Source: Mobula hypostoma (Eukaryota). From it: a stretch of 64,000 bases of DNA. Position numbers and translations under genes: made by a program. The notes under the pieces are model-generated. The model saw only the letters and a list, made by a program, of their open reading frames with translations, searched no databases and was not told where the DNA came from. The stretch lies in NCBI RefSeq assembly GCF_963921235.1, contig NC_086118.1:14200001-14264000 (forward strand), given 5' to 3'. Each line of letters begins with the position of its first letter. Position 1 is the stretch's first letter. Shown here piece by piece: positions 1 through 12,515 of the stretch.

Positions 1-1580
1 AGGAGTAGGCCATTCGGCCCTTTGAGCCAGCACCGCCATTCACTGTGGTCATGGCTGACCATCCACAATCAGTACCCCGTTCCTGCCTTCTCCCCATATC
101 CCTTGACTCTGCCATCATTAAGAGCTCTATCTAACTCTTTCTTGAAAGCATCCAGAGAATTAGCCTCCACTGCCTTCTGAGGCAGAGCATTCCACAAATC
201 CACAACTCTCTGGGTGAAATAGTATTTCCTCAACTCTGTTTTAAATGGCCTACCCCTTATTCTCAAATTGTGGCCTCTGGTTCTGGACTCCCCCAACATC
301 GGGAATATGTTTCCTGTCTCTGGCGTGTCCAATCCCTTAATAATCTTATATGTTTCAATCAGATCCCCTCTCATCCTTCTAAATTCCAGTGTATGCAAGC
401 CCAGTTGCTCCAATCTTTCAACATATGACAGTCCCGCCATCCCAGGAATTAACCTCATGAACCTAAGCTGCACTCCCTCAATAGCAAGAATGTCCTTCCT
501 CAAATTTGGAGACCAAAACTGTACACAATACTCCAGGTGTGGTCTCACCAGGGCCCTGTACAACTGCAGAAGGACCTCTTTGCTCCTATACTCAACCCCC
601 CTTGTTATGAAGGCCAACATGCCATTAGCTTTCTTCACTGCCTGCTGTACCTGCATGCTTACTTTCAGTGACTGATGAACAAGGACACCTACATCTCGTT
701 GTACTTCCCCTTTTCCTAACTTGACACTATTCAAATAGTAATCAGCCTTCCTGTTCTTGCCACCAAAGTGGATAACCTCACATTTATCCACATTAAACTG
801 CATCTGCCATGCATCTGCCCACTCACCCAACCCATCCAAGTCATCCTGCATTATCACAACATCCTACACACATTTCACACTGCCACCCAGCTTTGTGTCA
901 TCTGCAAATTTGCTAATGTTACTTTTAATCCCTTCATCTAAATCATTAATGTATATTGTAAACAGCTGCGATCCCAGCACCGAGCCTTGCGGTACCCCAC
1001 TAATCACCAACTGCCATGCTGAAAGGGACCTACTCTTTGTTTTCTGTCTGCCAACCAATTTTCTGTCCATGTCAGTACCCTACCCCCAATACCATGTGCT
1101 CTAATTTTGCCCACTAATCTCTTATGTGGGACCTTATCAAAGGCTTTCTGAAAGCGCAGATACACTACATCCACTGGCTCTTCCTTGTCCATTTTCATAG
1201 TTACATCGTCAAAAAATTCCAGAAGATTCGTCAAGCATGACTTCCCCTTCGTAAATCCATGCTGACTCGGACCGATCCTGTTACTGCTATCCAAATGTGC
1301 CGCTATTTCATCCTTTATTATTGACTCCAGCATCATCACTGATGTCAGGCTAACTGATCTATAATTCCCTGTTTTCTCTCTCCCTCCTTTCTTAAAAAGT
1401 GGGATAACATTAGCTACCCTCCAGTCCTCAGGAACTGATCCTGAATCTATAGAACATTGGAAAATGATTACCAATGCGTCCACAATTTCTAGAGCCACCT
1501 CCTTAAGTACCCTGGGGTGCAGACCATCAGGCCCTGGGGATTTATCAGCCTTCAGTCTCATCAGTCTATCCAACACCATT
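1..1580 (-). mobile_element. CR1-clade LINE, 5'-truncated RT region with frameshifts and internal deletions
   Basis: ORFs 1004-1603, 864-1070 and 69-857 give CR1 ORF2 motifs ([60 protein letters not shown]). The 3' UTR runs off the window start. Confidence 0.93.
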
Positions 1581-2030
1581 CCAGAAGTCCAAATGGGAAA
1601 CATCTTAGAATGTAGTGGAGAATGACAGAGCTAAGATCCTGTGGGACTTCCAAATTACAGACTGATAGGCAGGTACTGACCAATCAATCAAACACAGTAA
1701 TACTGGACAAGGAACAGAAGAAAAAAACCTTAAGAGATGTGGTAATCCCAAATGACATTAACATCAGGAAGAAAGAATATGAAAAGCTAGAGAAATACCA
1801 AGGCTTGAATGAACAGATAGAAAAGATGTGGTAGGTTAAAACCAGAGTAATCCTGGTAGTGATAGGAGCACTTGGAGCTGTGACACCTGAACTTGGAGCA
1901 TGCAACCAACAAATCCTGGGAACGACATCTGAGATCTCAGTCCAGAAGAGCGCAACTACTAGGAACAGCAAGGATAGTGTGTCAAGCCCTCAAGCTCCCA
2001 GGCATCTGGTAGAGGACCCAAGCTTGAGGG
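1581..2030 (+). mobile_element. R4/Dong (Rex6-like) non-LTR retrotransposon, degraded restriction-like endonuclease domain
   Basis: Frameshifted translation VENDRAKILWDFQ.QTD..., KKEYEKLEKYQGL..., IGALGAVTP...QQI.GTTSEISVQKSA, which resembles the C-terminus of RLE-type R4-clade elements. Confidence 0.75.
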
Positions 2031-2681
2031 AAAATTGCACATACACACCACCCATTAAAGCTGAGAGAAAAAAATATGGAAAACTGTAATTCACAGGTTT
2101 TTTTTCTATCACATGTTGCAATGTACTCCTGCTGCAAAGTTAACAAATTTTGCGACATATGCTGGTGATATTAAACCCAATTCTGATTCCAGGCCAATCA
2201 CATGCGGATTGTATTAAGAAAAAGCATTGTATTTACCACATCAATGTAAGAAAAGCCAAGTTTTGGAATAATCCATTAATTACTATGGATTTAAATGCAA
2301 TAGAGAAAAGATAGATTAAAACCTGCAATAATGCATTGTTTCTTGGCAGAACTAATTTCTTAATAATTTAGTCTTGGAACATGGTTGAATATCTAAGTTT
2401 ATTGCAATTCTTGTCCATTCGGAGCAATGCTGTGGTGCAGCAAACCAAACAATGTTATTGTTTATGCATTTTCTTTGATTAAAAAACATTTGCGATTCAT
2501 AGTCAATTTCCTTCACAATGCCTCCTTTCAATTATTTAATGTCAGAATCAGAATCAGGATTAATATCACTGGCATATGTTGTGAATTTTGTTAAATTTGC
2601 AAGAGCAATACAATGCAATACATAATTAATAGCAAGAGAAAAAGAAAACTGAATTATGATGTGCATATAAATACACACACA

Positions 2682-2683
<2 letters not shown>

Positions 2684-2758
<75 letters not shown>
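2684..2758. repeat. (CA)n/(CACG)n compound microsatellite
   Basis: Directly visible repeat run. Confidence 0.97.
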
Positions 2759-2762
<4 letters not shown>

Positions 2763-3797
2763 TAAGTGCAAAAAATGTAGGAAGTTTAAAAAAGTAGTGA
2801 GGTAGTATTCATGGGTTCAATCACCATTCAGAAGTTGGATGGCAGAGTGGAAAGAAGCTGTCCTGAATCATTGAGTGTGTGCCTTCAGGCTTCTGTACCT
2901 CCTTCCTGATGGTAGCAATGAGAAGAAGACGTGTCCTGAGTGATGACGGTCCTTAATGATGGACGCCGCCATTGTAAGGCACTGTTTCTTGAAAATAATT
3001 TGGATAGTACGGAGGCTAGTGTCCATGATAGAGCTGGCTAATTTTACAGCTCTCTGTAGCTTAAGTACTTCGATCCCGTGGAGTAGGCATCCCCACGCCC
3101 TACCAGGCAGTGATGCAGCACGTTAAGGTGCCATCCATGGTACATCTGTAGAAATATGCAAGTGGTTTTGGTAACATACTATATCTCTTCAAACTCCTAA
3201 TGAAATATAGCTGCTGTCTTGCCTTCTTTATAGCTGCATCAATATGTTCGACCCAGGTTAGGTCCTCAGAGAGAATGAAAACCAGGGACTTGAAATTACT
3301 CATTTGCTCCACTTCTGATCCCTCTATGAGGACTGACTGATGTGTTTCCCCTCATCTTACCCTTTCAGAAGTCCACAGTCAGTTCTTCGGTCTGACTGAC
3401 GTTGAGTGCAAGGTTGTTGCTGTGACACCACTCAACTAGCTGGTATACCTCAGTACTGAACGCCCTCTCATCTCCATCTGAGATTCCAACAATGGTTGTA
3501 TGGTCAGCAAATTTATAGATGGAATTTGAGCTGTGCCTTGCCACGCAGTCATAGGTGTAGAGAGAGTAGAGCAATAGGTTCAGTACACATCCCGAAGGTG
3601 TGCCAGTGTTGATTGACAGCGAGGTGGAATGTTATTTCCAACCCACACCTTTTGTGGTCTTCCGGTTAGGAAGTTGAGGATCCAGTTGCAGAGGTCCAGG
3701 TTCTGGACCTTTTCAATCAGAATTCTGAACTGTGGGAATCAGAATTGTGTTAAGCACTGAGCTATAGTCAATAAACAGCATCTCGACATAAGCAGTA

Positions 3798-3938
3798 TCA
3801 CAAATACAAGAAAATCTGTCGATGTTGAAAATCCACAGCCACGCACACAAAATCAGTCCTGATGAAGGTCTCGGTCCAAAACGTGACTGTCTACTCTTTT
3901 CCATAGATGCTGCCTGGCCTGCTGAGTTCCTCCAGCAG
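3798..3938 (+). mobile_element. Penelope-like element terminal (pLTR) fragment with degenerate hammerhead motif
   Basis: CAGTC-CTGATGA-AGGTCTCGGTCC-AAAAC-GT-GACTG at 3854-3889 matches the end of the Penelope element at 18933. It is flanked by an imperfect duplication, gcatctcgacataagca / gcatcctgacataggca. Confidence 0.75.
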
Positions 3939-4288
3939 GCATCCTGACATAGGCATTTGTATTGTTCAGGTGATCCAAGGCCAAATGGAGAGCCAGTGAG
4001 ATCGTGCCTGCCATAGACCTATTGAGGTGATTGGCAAATTGCAGTGGGTTCTAGTCCTTGCTGAGGCAGGAGTTGATTCTAGCCATAACCAACCTCTCAA
4101 AGCACTTCATCACCATAGATGTGAGTGCTACTGGATGATAGTCATTAAGACAGCTCACCCTGTTCTTTTTGGTCACCAGTATAGTTGTTGCCCATTTGAA
4201 GCAGGTGGGAAATTTCTGACTGTAGTCATATTTACTATAGCTTTAGTAATGAGTTTTAAAACATTAATACTGCTTCCTTTCTCCACAG

Positions 4289-4330
4289 GGTTTTCTGGTT
4301 GCTTTGCTCTATTGTTTCATCAACGGAGAG
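4289..4330 (+). CDS. GLP2R: Glucagon-like peptide 2 receptor, penultimate coding exon (TM7, GFLVALLYCFINGE)
   Basis: ttcctttctccacAG | 42 nt, phase 0-0 | GTaagg. The 14-aa TM7 exon is typical of class B1 GPCRs and splices in frame to the exon at 13505. Confidence 0.9.
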
Positions 4331-4518
4331 GTAAGGGAAATGAAAATCTTCATAATGACTGAGTTCTTCCTGTGACGATAACGTACTGTACATTAAAAAT
4401 GAGGGAGATGTTCAGGTTTGATTCTTAGCTGATGCTGCATTGATAACTGATCAGCAACACTGCTGCAGGTGATCGATGGATGATGAAGAGGGAAAGGCAG
4501 AAAAATAGTTAACAAAAC

Positions 4519-4612
4519 CATATGTTCAAGGTATAAAGAGCTAATCTATTAACTCCCCTTTTAATCATATGTTCAAGGTATAAAGACCTGATCTATTAAC
4601 TCCCCTTTTAAT
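4519..4612. repeat. 47-bp direct tandem duplication
   Basis: catatgttcaaggtataaaga.ct.atctattaactccccttttaat occurs twice (starts 4519 and 4566) with 2 mismatches. Confidence 0.92.
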
Positions 4613-4960
4613 AACTGACATTAATTGCAATATTTCAGACTTCGGAGCAATGCTATGACTTGCTTTAGATGGAAGTTGTGCCTGCTCTTATGAAGCATAA
4701 ATTCATTTTTTTAATGATTTTTGCAGCAAAATCCGCAAAACATTTGGATACAGATCTTAACTGTCAACAGGATCTGACAAAAGGCAAAAAATAACCCTGA
4801 CAGTTCACGACTTCGTTTATGTCCCATGGCTTCACTGTGCCTATTGTCTATTTCTCTCAGTGTGCTTAACCTGGGGAAGCTCTTGAAAGAGAGGGTTTAT
4901 GTGCGTTACTTTTTAAAACAGAAGCTGGAGTCCTGTACTCAATGAAGACAGGTGTGCACT

Positions 4961-5293
4961 ACTTACTTGCTGTCCGTTACATCGCTGCCGTTTAGGACAG
5001 CAATAGGTCCTCCTTCTCTGTCTGTCCTTGGCCACTCAGATGCAGAAGGATTTTTCATTGCTATTTCTCCAACTGTTTTGTTTGACCAGTCAGGGTTGTT
5101 CGTCCTGAGCTGAACTGCTGAATCTGGAGAACCGGTGGACCAGCCTTGGTCTGCCCTCTACTTTTTGACCTGTTTGGCATGGGTGACCCCTACAAAGCCA
5201 AAGTATAAAGCCCTGACCCCAGCCAACATAGCTCCACAGGTCATATAGGCATGCAAGCCTCCAAAGCACAATAAGATTCCTGTCCTTTTGGAA
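4961..5293 (-). mobile_element. Short non-autonomous RTE-derived element (5' UTR joined to 3' end)
   Basis: The minus strand starts with an RTE/BovB-like 5' UTR (...tttggaggcttgcatgcct..atgacc...) and ends in (TAAG)n. A second copy lies at 24070-24361. Confidence 0.65.
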
Positions 5294-5299
5294 GAAGTA

Positions 5300-5760
5300 T
5301 TCAAAATTTCAATGTTCAAAGTAAATTTGTTTTCAACATACATATATGTCACCAGATACAACCCTCAGGTTCATTTTCTTGCAGACATACTCAAAAAGTC
5401 CATAATAGAAAAATAACCATAATAAATCAATGAAAGACTGCACCAACTTGGAAGATCAACCAATGTGCAAAAGACATAAACTGTGCAACTACATAAAGAA
5501 AGAAATAATGATAATAATAACAAATAAATAAACAGTAAATATCAAGAACATGAGATGAAGAGTCCTTGATAGAGTGTCCATAGATTGTGGAACATTTCAG
5601 TGGTGAGGCTAGAGAAGCTGAGGGAAGTTATCCCCTCTGCTCCAAGAGTCTGATAGTAGATGTATAATAACTGTTCTTGAACCTGGTGGTGTGAGTGCTG
5701 AGGCTCCAGTACCATCCTCCTGATGGCAGCAATGAGAAGAGAGTGTGACCCGGGTGGTGG
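5300..5760 (-). mobile_element. Rex1/Babar-type LINE 3' end, source of the adjacent minisatellite
   Basis: The 3' ORF end and UTR are similar to copies at 34090-34300, 44530-44790 and 62070-62540. Confidence 0.7.
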
Positions 5761-8700
5761 AGAACCCTGATGATGAAAGGGAAGACAGCATATCCTGGGC
5801 GATGGGGTTCCTAATGATGGATGATAAGAGAGCATGCCCTGGGCAGTGGGATTCCTGATGATAGTCAACAAGAGAGCATACCCTAGGCAGTGGGATTCCT
5901 GATGACAGATGATAAGAGAGCATGTCCTGGGCGATGGGGTTCCTGATGATGGATGATAAGAAAGCATGCCCTGGGCAGTGGGATTCCTGATAATGGATGA
6001 TAAGAGAGCATGCCCTGGGCGGTGCAATTCCTGATGATAGATGATAAGAGAGCATGCCCTGGGCGGTGTGGTTCCTGATGATGCATGATAAGAGAGCATA
6101 TCCTGGGCGATGGGGTTCCTGATGATGGATGATAAGAGAGCATGCCCTGGGCGGTGGGATTCCTGATGATAGTCGACAAGAGAGCCTACCCTAGGCAGTG
6201 GGATTCCTGATGACAGATGATAAGAGAGCATGCCCTGGACGGTGGGGTTCCTGATGATGGATGATAAGAGAGCATGCCCTGGGTGGTGGGATTCCTGATG
6301 ATGGATGATAAGAGAGCATGCCCTGGGTGATGGGGTTCCTGATGATGGATGATAAAAGGGCATGTCCTGGGCGGTGGGATTCCTGATGATGGATGATAAG
6401 AGAGCATGCCCTGGACGGTGGGGTTCCTGATGATAGTCGACAAGAGAGCATACCCTAGGCAGTGGGATTCCTGATGACAGATGATAAGAGAGCATGCCCT
6501 GGATGGTGGGGTTCCTGATGATGGATGATAAGAGAGCATGCCCTGGGTGGTGGGATTCCTGATGATGGATGATAAGAGAGCATGCCTTGGGTGGTGGGGT
6601 TCCTGATGATGGATGATAAGAGAGCATGCCCTGGGTGGTGGGATTCCTGATGATGGATGATAAGAGAGCATGCCCTGGGTGGTGGGGTTCCTGATGATGG
6701 ATGATAAGAGAGCATGCCCCGGGTGGTGGGGTTCCTGATGACGTATGATAAGAGAGCATGCCCTGGGCGATGGGGTTCCTGATGATGGATGATAAGAGAG
6801 CATGCCCTGGGCAGTGGGATTCCTGATGATGGATGATAAGAGAGCATGCCCTGGGCGGTGCAATTCCTAATGATAGATGATAACAGAGCATGCCCTGGGC
6901 GGTGTGGTTCCTGATGATGGATGATAAGAGAGCATGCCCTGGGTGGTGGTGTTCCTGATGATGGATGATAAGAGAGCATGCTCTGGGTGGTGGGATTCCT
7001 GCTGATAGTCGAGAAGAGAGCATGCCCTGGGTGGTGGGATTCCTGATGATGGATGATAACAGAGCATGCCCTGGGCGGTGTGGTTCCTGATGATGGATGA
7101 TAAGAGAGCATGCCCTGGGTGGTGGGATTCCTGATGGTGGATGATAAGAGAGCATGCCCTGGGTGATGGAGTTCCTGATGATGGATGATAAGAGGGCATT
7201 CGCTGCGCGGTGGTATTCCTGATGATGGATGATAAGAGAGCATGCCCTGGGCGATGGGGTTCCTGATGATGGATGATAAGAGGGCATGCCCTGGGTGATG
7301 GTGTTCCTGATGACGGATGATAAGAGAGCATGTCCTGGGTGGTGGGGTTCCTGATGATGGATGATAAGAGAGCATGTCCAGAGCGGTGGGGTTCCTGATG
7401 ACGTATGATAAGAGAGCATGCCCTGGGCGATGGGGTTCCTGATGATGGATGATAAGAGAGCATGCCCTGGGCGGTGGGGTTCCTGATGATGGATGATAAG
7501 AGAGCATGCTCTGGGTTGTGGGATTCCTGCTGATAGTCGAGAAGAGAGCATGCCCTGGGTGGTGGGGTTCCTGATGATGGATGATAAGAGAGCGTGCCCT
7601 GGGTCGTGGGATTCCTGATGATGAATGATAAGAGAGCATGCCCTGGGCAGTGGGATTCCTGATGATAGATGAGAAGAGAGCATGCCCTGGGTGGTGGGGT
7701 TTCTGATGATGGATGATAAGAGAGCATGCCCTGGGCGGTGGGATTCCTGATGTTAGTCGAGAAGAGAGCATGCCCTGGGTGGTGGGGTTCCTGATGATGG
7801 ATGATAAGAGATCATGCCCTGGGTGGTGGGATTCCTGATGATAGTCCATAAGAGAGCATGCCCTGAGTGGTGGGATTCCTGATGATAGATGAGAAGAGAG
7901 CATGCCCTGGGCAGTGGGATTCCTGATGTTAGTCGAGAAGAGAGCATGCCCTGGGTGGTGGGGTTCCTGATGATGGATGATAAGAGACCATGCCCTGGGT
8001 GGGGGGATTCCTGATGATGGATGATAAGAGCGCATGCCCTGGGTGGTGTGGTTCCTGATGATGGATGATAAGAGAGCATGCCCTGGGCGGTGGGATTCCT
8101 GATGATGGATGATAAGAGAGCATGCTCTGGGCGGTGGGGTTTCTGATGATGGATGATAAGAGAGCATGACCTGGGTGGTGTGGTTCCTGATGATGGATGA
8201 TAAGAGAGCATGCCCTGGGCGGTGGGGTTCCTGATGATAGTCGAGAAGAGAGCATGCCCTGGGTGGTGGGGTTCCTGATGATGGATGATAAGAGGGCATG
8301 CCCTGGGCGGTGGGATTCCTGATGATGGATGATAAGAGAGCATGCCCTGGGCGGTGGGGTTCCTGATGATGGATGATAAGAGGGCATGCCCCGGGCGGTG
8401 GGATTCCTGATGATGGATGAGAAGAGAGCATGCCCTGGGTGGTGGGATTCCTGATGATAGATGAGAAGAGAGCATGCCCTCGGCGGTGGGGTTTCTGATG
8501 ATGGATGATAAGAGAGCATGCCCTGGGCGGAGTGGTTCCTGATGATGGATGATAAGAGAGCAAGCCCTGGGCGGAGTGGTTCCTGATGATGGATGATAAG
8601 ATAACATGCCCTGGGCGGTGTGGTTCCTGATGATGGATGATAAGAGAGCATGCCCTGGGCGGAGTGGTTCCTGATGATGGATGATAAGAGAGCATGCCCT

Positions 8701-8870
8701 GGGTGATGGGGTTCCTGATGATGGATGATAAGAGAGCATGCCCTGGGCGTTGGGATTTCTGATGATAGATGAGAAGAGAGCATGCCCTGGATAGTGGGGT
8801 TCCTGATGATGGATGATAAGTGAACATGCTCTGGGCGGTGGGGCCTGATGATGGATGAGAAATCATGCCT
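5735..8870. repeat. Minisatellite of about 70 copies of a 44-bp LINE-derived unit
   Basis: Consensus CCTGATGATGGATGATAAGAGAGCATGCCCTGGGTGGTGGGATT. The 44-aa periodicity of the minus-strand ORFs equals three 44-bp units. Confidence 0.97.
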
Positions 8871-9382
8871 TGCATAGTTGGAGCCCCTGATGGTGGAGTT
8901 GTCACTACATTGACTGCATAGATTTGTAGTTTAAATCCAGGACCACCATGTCCATGCTGACCATTGATTATCTGCTGAAACTAATCCTATTTACCAGTTC
9001 TTTGTTCCATTGCCTTCTGTACCTTTGTCATTGAAGAACTCAGACAGATGATATTAAGTGTTGTAAGAATATCCGGTCCAGCACTTTCTCAGGCAGTGTA
9101 TTCCAGATGGCAATCACCCTCTGACTGAAAAGTATTTTCATTATATCCCTGCTCACCTTAATCCTATGCCCTTGGGTTGTAAACGTCCTCTTAGTGGGGA
9201 AAAGTTTCTACCATTCGATCCATGATTTTTAAATCCCTATCAGAATCCCACTTCAGCCTCCTCTGTTCCAAGTAAATTAAATTTATTGTATCCTGTCTCT
9301 CCTTGTAGTTAAAATGTTCCATTCCAAGCAGCATATCACTGTTCTCTCTCCAGTGCAACATGCCCTCTGTCAACTCATACCA

Positions 9383-10101
9383 TGTACGAGATCTAGGTGT
9401 TCTTGTACATCAGTCACTGAAAGCAAGCATGCAAGTACAGCAGGCAATGAAGAAAGCTAATGGCATGCTGGCCTTCATAACAAGGGGAATTGCGTATAAG
9501 AGCAAAGAGGTTCCTTCTGCAGCTGTACAGGGCCCTGCTGAGACCACACCTGGAGTACTGTGTGCAGTTTTGGTCTCCAAATTTGAGGAAGGACATTCTT
9601 GCTATTGAGGGAGTGCAGCGTAGGTTCACAAGGTTGATTCCCGGGATGGTGGGACTGTCACATGTTGAAAGATTGGAGCGACTGGGCTTGTATACTCTGG
9701 AATTTAGAAGGCTGAGAGGGGATCTGATTGAAACGTATAAGATTATTAAGGGATTGGACAAGCTGCAGGCAGGAAATATGTTGCCGCTGATGGGTGTCCA
9801 GAACCAGAGGCCACAGTTTAAGAATAAGGGGTAGGCCATTTAGAACGGAGTTGAGGAAAAACTTTTTCACCCAGAGAGTGGTGGATGTATGGAATGCTCT
9901 GCCCCAGAAGGCTGTGGAGGCCAAGTCTCTGGATGCTTTCAAGAAAGAGATGGATGGAGCTCTTAAAGATAGCAGAATCAAAGGTTATGGGGATAAGGCA
10001 GGAACTGGATACTGATTGTGGATGATCAGCCATGATCACAGTGAATGGTGGTGCTGGCTCGAAGGGCCGAATGGCCTACTCCTGCACCTATTGTTTATTG
10101 T
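9383..10101 (+). mobile_element. CR1-clade LINE 3' fragment
   Basis: RDLGVLVHQSLK...LYRALLRPHLEYCVQFWSPNLRKD...RTRGHSLRIRG with two frameshifts; 3' UTR matches the copy at 1-70. Confidence 0.92.
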
Positions 10102-11359
10102 ACCTGTGCCTTTTTACAGTGTTCAGTTTTAAGCCTCTGTGATAAAAAGTCACATCTTCCATTCATTATCCTGGTATACTCTTACTGTGGGTCTCTAGAC
10201 TAGAACAATGAGTAAGACTGGAAAAACACTAGTATAGGACACTGATGCACGTTGTATTGAATTATCTGCTTCAATGCCAAATTACATAGAGGGACAGAAT
10301 ATGGGAATTAGGAAGAAAAAGGAGGGAAAAAGCGCTAAAAAAGTTACATAAATTCTTTATATTTTGAAATCTTTAGTAATGATTCAAACTGCAATGGGGA
10401 TGGAAATATTATTTTGCAATAGAGTGCCAGTAATTAACTTGCATCATACACCAGGGTGCTCTCTTCAGTTACCTGATGAGGTAACCGTAGGCTTTGGCCT
10501 GGGGCAGATGTCGTCAGGTGATACCCAATCTTTATAGAGTGTTTCAGCCCGTAATCACTACACTCTCCAGCTGGCGGATCAGCAGTTGTGGCCAAGTCAC
10601 TGCCCATCTGATCCTGGTTTCCAGCTCAAATCCTCTCGCCTGCTCCATATGCAGCAAAGAGGCTCTTTCTGCTTCCTCCCCCATCCTGTGAGCTGCTTGG
10701 GTCTTGCTCTTTTCATCAAGGCCCTACACAGACAGCAACCTCCATACGTAAAAATGAACTTACATTGAAATGTTCAAGCTAGTGGTCTGTTGCACTTTGT
10801 GGATATAAATCAAATAATTACCAAAAATTCTCTTCCATCTATGTTACTTAGGGATAAGTCTTTTACCAAGAACTAACCAAGTTTACAGAATAACGGAGTA
10901 AATAAGCCAGCAACCTCTGATTCCAGCAACTAACTTCATGAGTGTGATCAGCAGTTGTTGCTGTCTGATTTACACTGCATCATTTGATATTTTGGACTTC
11001 ATTTTTTTCTGTAGCAACATCCAGCAAAAATGTACTGCAGGTCTAGAGTTTTCAGTTTCTTTGAGTCTGTGGGAGCTTTATGCTGGTAAATACCAAGGCA
11101 CCCATTAGACTGGATCGCGCTCATTCCGAACAGTCTCTCTCCTCCATCACACTAGCCCAATTGCTACATTAATCTTCAGTAGCTGCACATCTCAAGGTTT
11201 CACTCGATGTCTGTCTCACGAGGCATGTGGGTTGTGAGCAGACAAAGCCAGGATTAGCAACCAAATCTCCTGAGATCCTAATCCAACAGAGACTAATGGG
11301 TTTTGATGACTCAGTAAGGTACCAGATTTACTTTGCTCTTTTATAAATACCAATGACAA

Positions 11360-12515
11360 TCAGAGACTTCATAAAAGTTAAGGGACATTAAGGTGAATTG
11401 GCTATTTGAGTTCAGAACTGGCTTGCACATAGAAGACAGAGGGTAATGGTTCAAGGGATTTCTTTGAGCTTAAAATCTGTAATTTGTGGTGCTCTGCAGG
11501 GATCTGTGCTGGGATCTCTGCTGTTTGTGATGTATAAAAGTCACCTGGATAAAATGTAGCGAGTGGATTAGTAATTTTGTGGATGATGCCAAGATTAGTG
11601 GAGTTGAGGATAGTGTAGAAGACTGGCAAAGAATACAGTGTGATATAGACCGGTTGCAGATGGAGATGGAGATCAGTTGCAGATGGAGATAGAGAGCAGT
11701 TGCAGATGGATTGCAAATGGCAAATGGAGTTTAACCCAGATAATTGTGAGGTATTGCACCTTTGTAGGGCAAATGCAAGGAGACAGTATGCTGTTAAGGT
11801 CAAGATCCTTAACAGTGTTGCTGAGCAGAGAGATCTTGGAACCTCTCCAAGTTCATAGCTCCTTGGAAATGGTTACATAGGTCAATAAGCAAATCATGGT
11901 TAAGAAGGCTTATGGAATGCTTGCTTTTGTTAGTCGGGTCATTGAGTTCAAAGGTCAAGAGGTTATGTTGCAACTTCATAAAACTCTAGTTAGGCGACAT
12001 CTGGAGTACTGGAAGAATGTTGAGACTTTAGAGAGGGTGCAGAAGAACTTTACCAGGATGCTGCCTGGTTTAGAGGGCATGTGCTATCATGAGAGGCTGA
12101 ATAAACTTAGGTTGTTTTCTCAGGAGTGCCGAAGGCTGAGGGGAGAAGGGATAGGTTTTTAGATTCTGAAAGGCATAGATAGAGTAGACAGGGAATATCT
12201 ATTTCCCAGGGTTGAAATGTCTGCTACTAGAGAGCATACATTGAAGGTGAGAGGGTTTAGGTTCAAGGGGGATGTGAGGAGTAAGTTTTTTACTCAGACG
12301 CTGGTGGATGTTTAGAATGTGCTGCCTGGTATGGCGGTAAAGGCATATACATTAAGGTTTATAAGATACATTTGGATAGGCATATGGATGTAAGGAAAAT
12401 GGAGGGATATGGAGATTGTGTAGGTAGGAGAGAGTTTGGGTGTCGTTGATTTGTTTTTTAGCTGGCTTGGTGCAATATTGTGGGCCAAATGACCTGTTAC
12501 TGTTCTGTGTCCATG
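11360..12515 (+). mobile_element. Older, degraded CR1 LINE 3' fragment
   Basis: VKKAYGMLAFVSR...LHKTLVRRHLEY (11896-12162), with many stop codons. Confidence 0.8.

Larger units (their letters stand above)
2543..4225 (-). mobile_element. Rex1/Babar-type LINE fragment, interrupted by a microsatellite and a Penelope end
   Basis: LYSLYTYDCVARHSSNSIYKFAD (3365-3574) and KKARQQLYFIRSLK/FYRCT (3100-3312); (GATTCT)n-type tail at ~2543-2560. Confidence 0.8.

Noticed and set aside
5735..8870. Array as CRISPR, tandem hammerheads or a C/D snoRNA cluster (CTGATGA in each unit)
   Set aside because: There are no unique spacers or cas genes and the context is eukaryotic. There is no GAAA box or stem II, and no C/D terminal stems. 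CTGATGA is simply the antisense of LINE codons.
5542..8905. Long minus-strand ORFs (713, 816, 328, 286 and 284 aa) as a novel His/Pro-rich protein gene
   Set aside because: They overlap in all three frames and arise from a stop-free 44-bp repeat derived from a LINE; there is no supporting gene structure.
11653..11710. Short ~23-bp triplication (gttgcagatggaga...)
   Set aside because: Local slippage inside a decayed CR1 with no sign of function.
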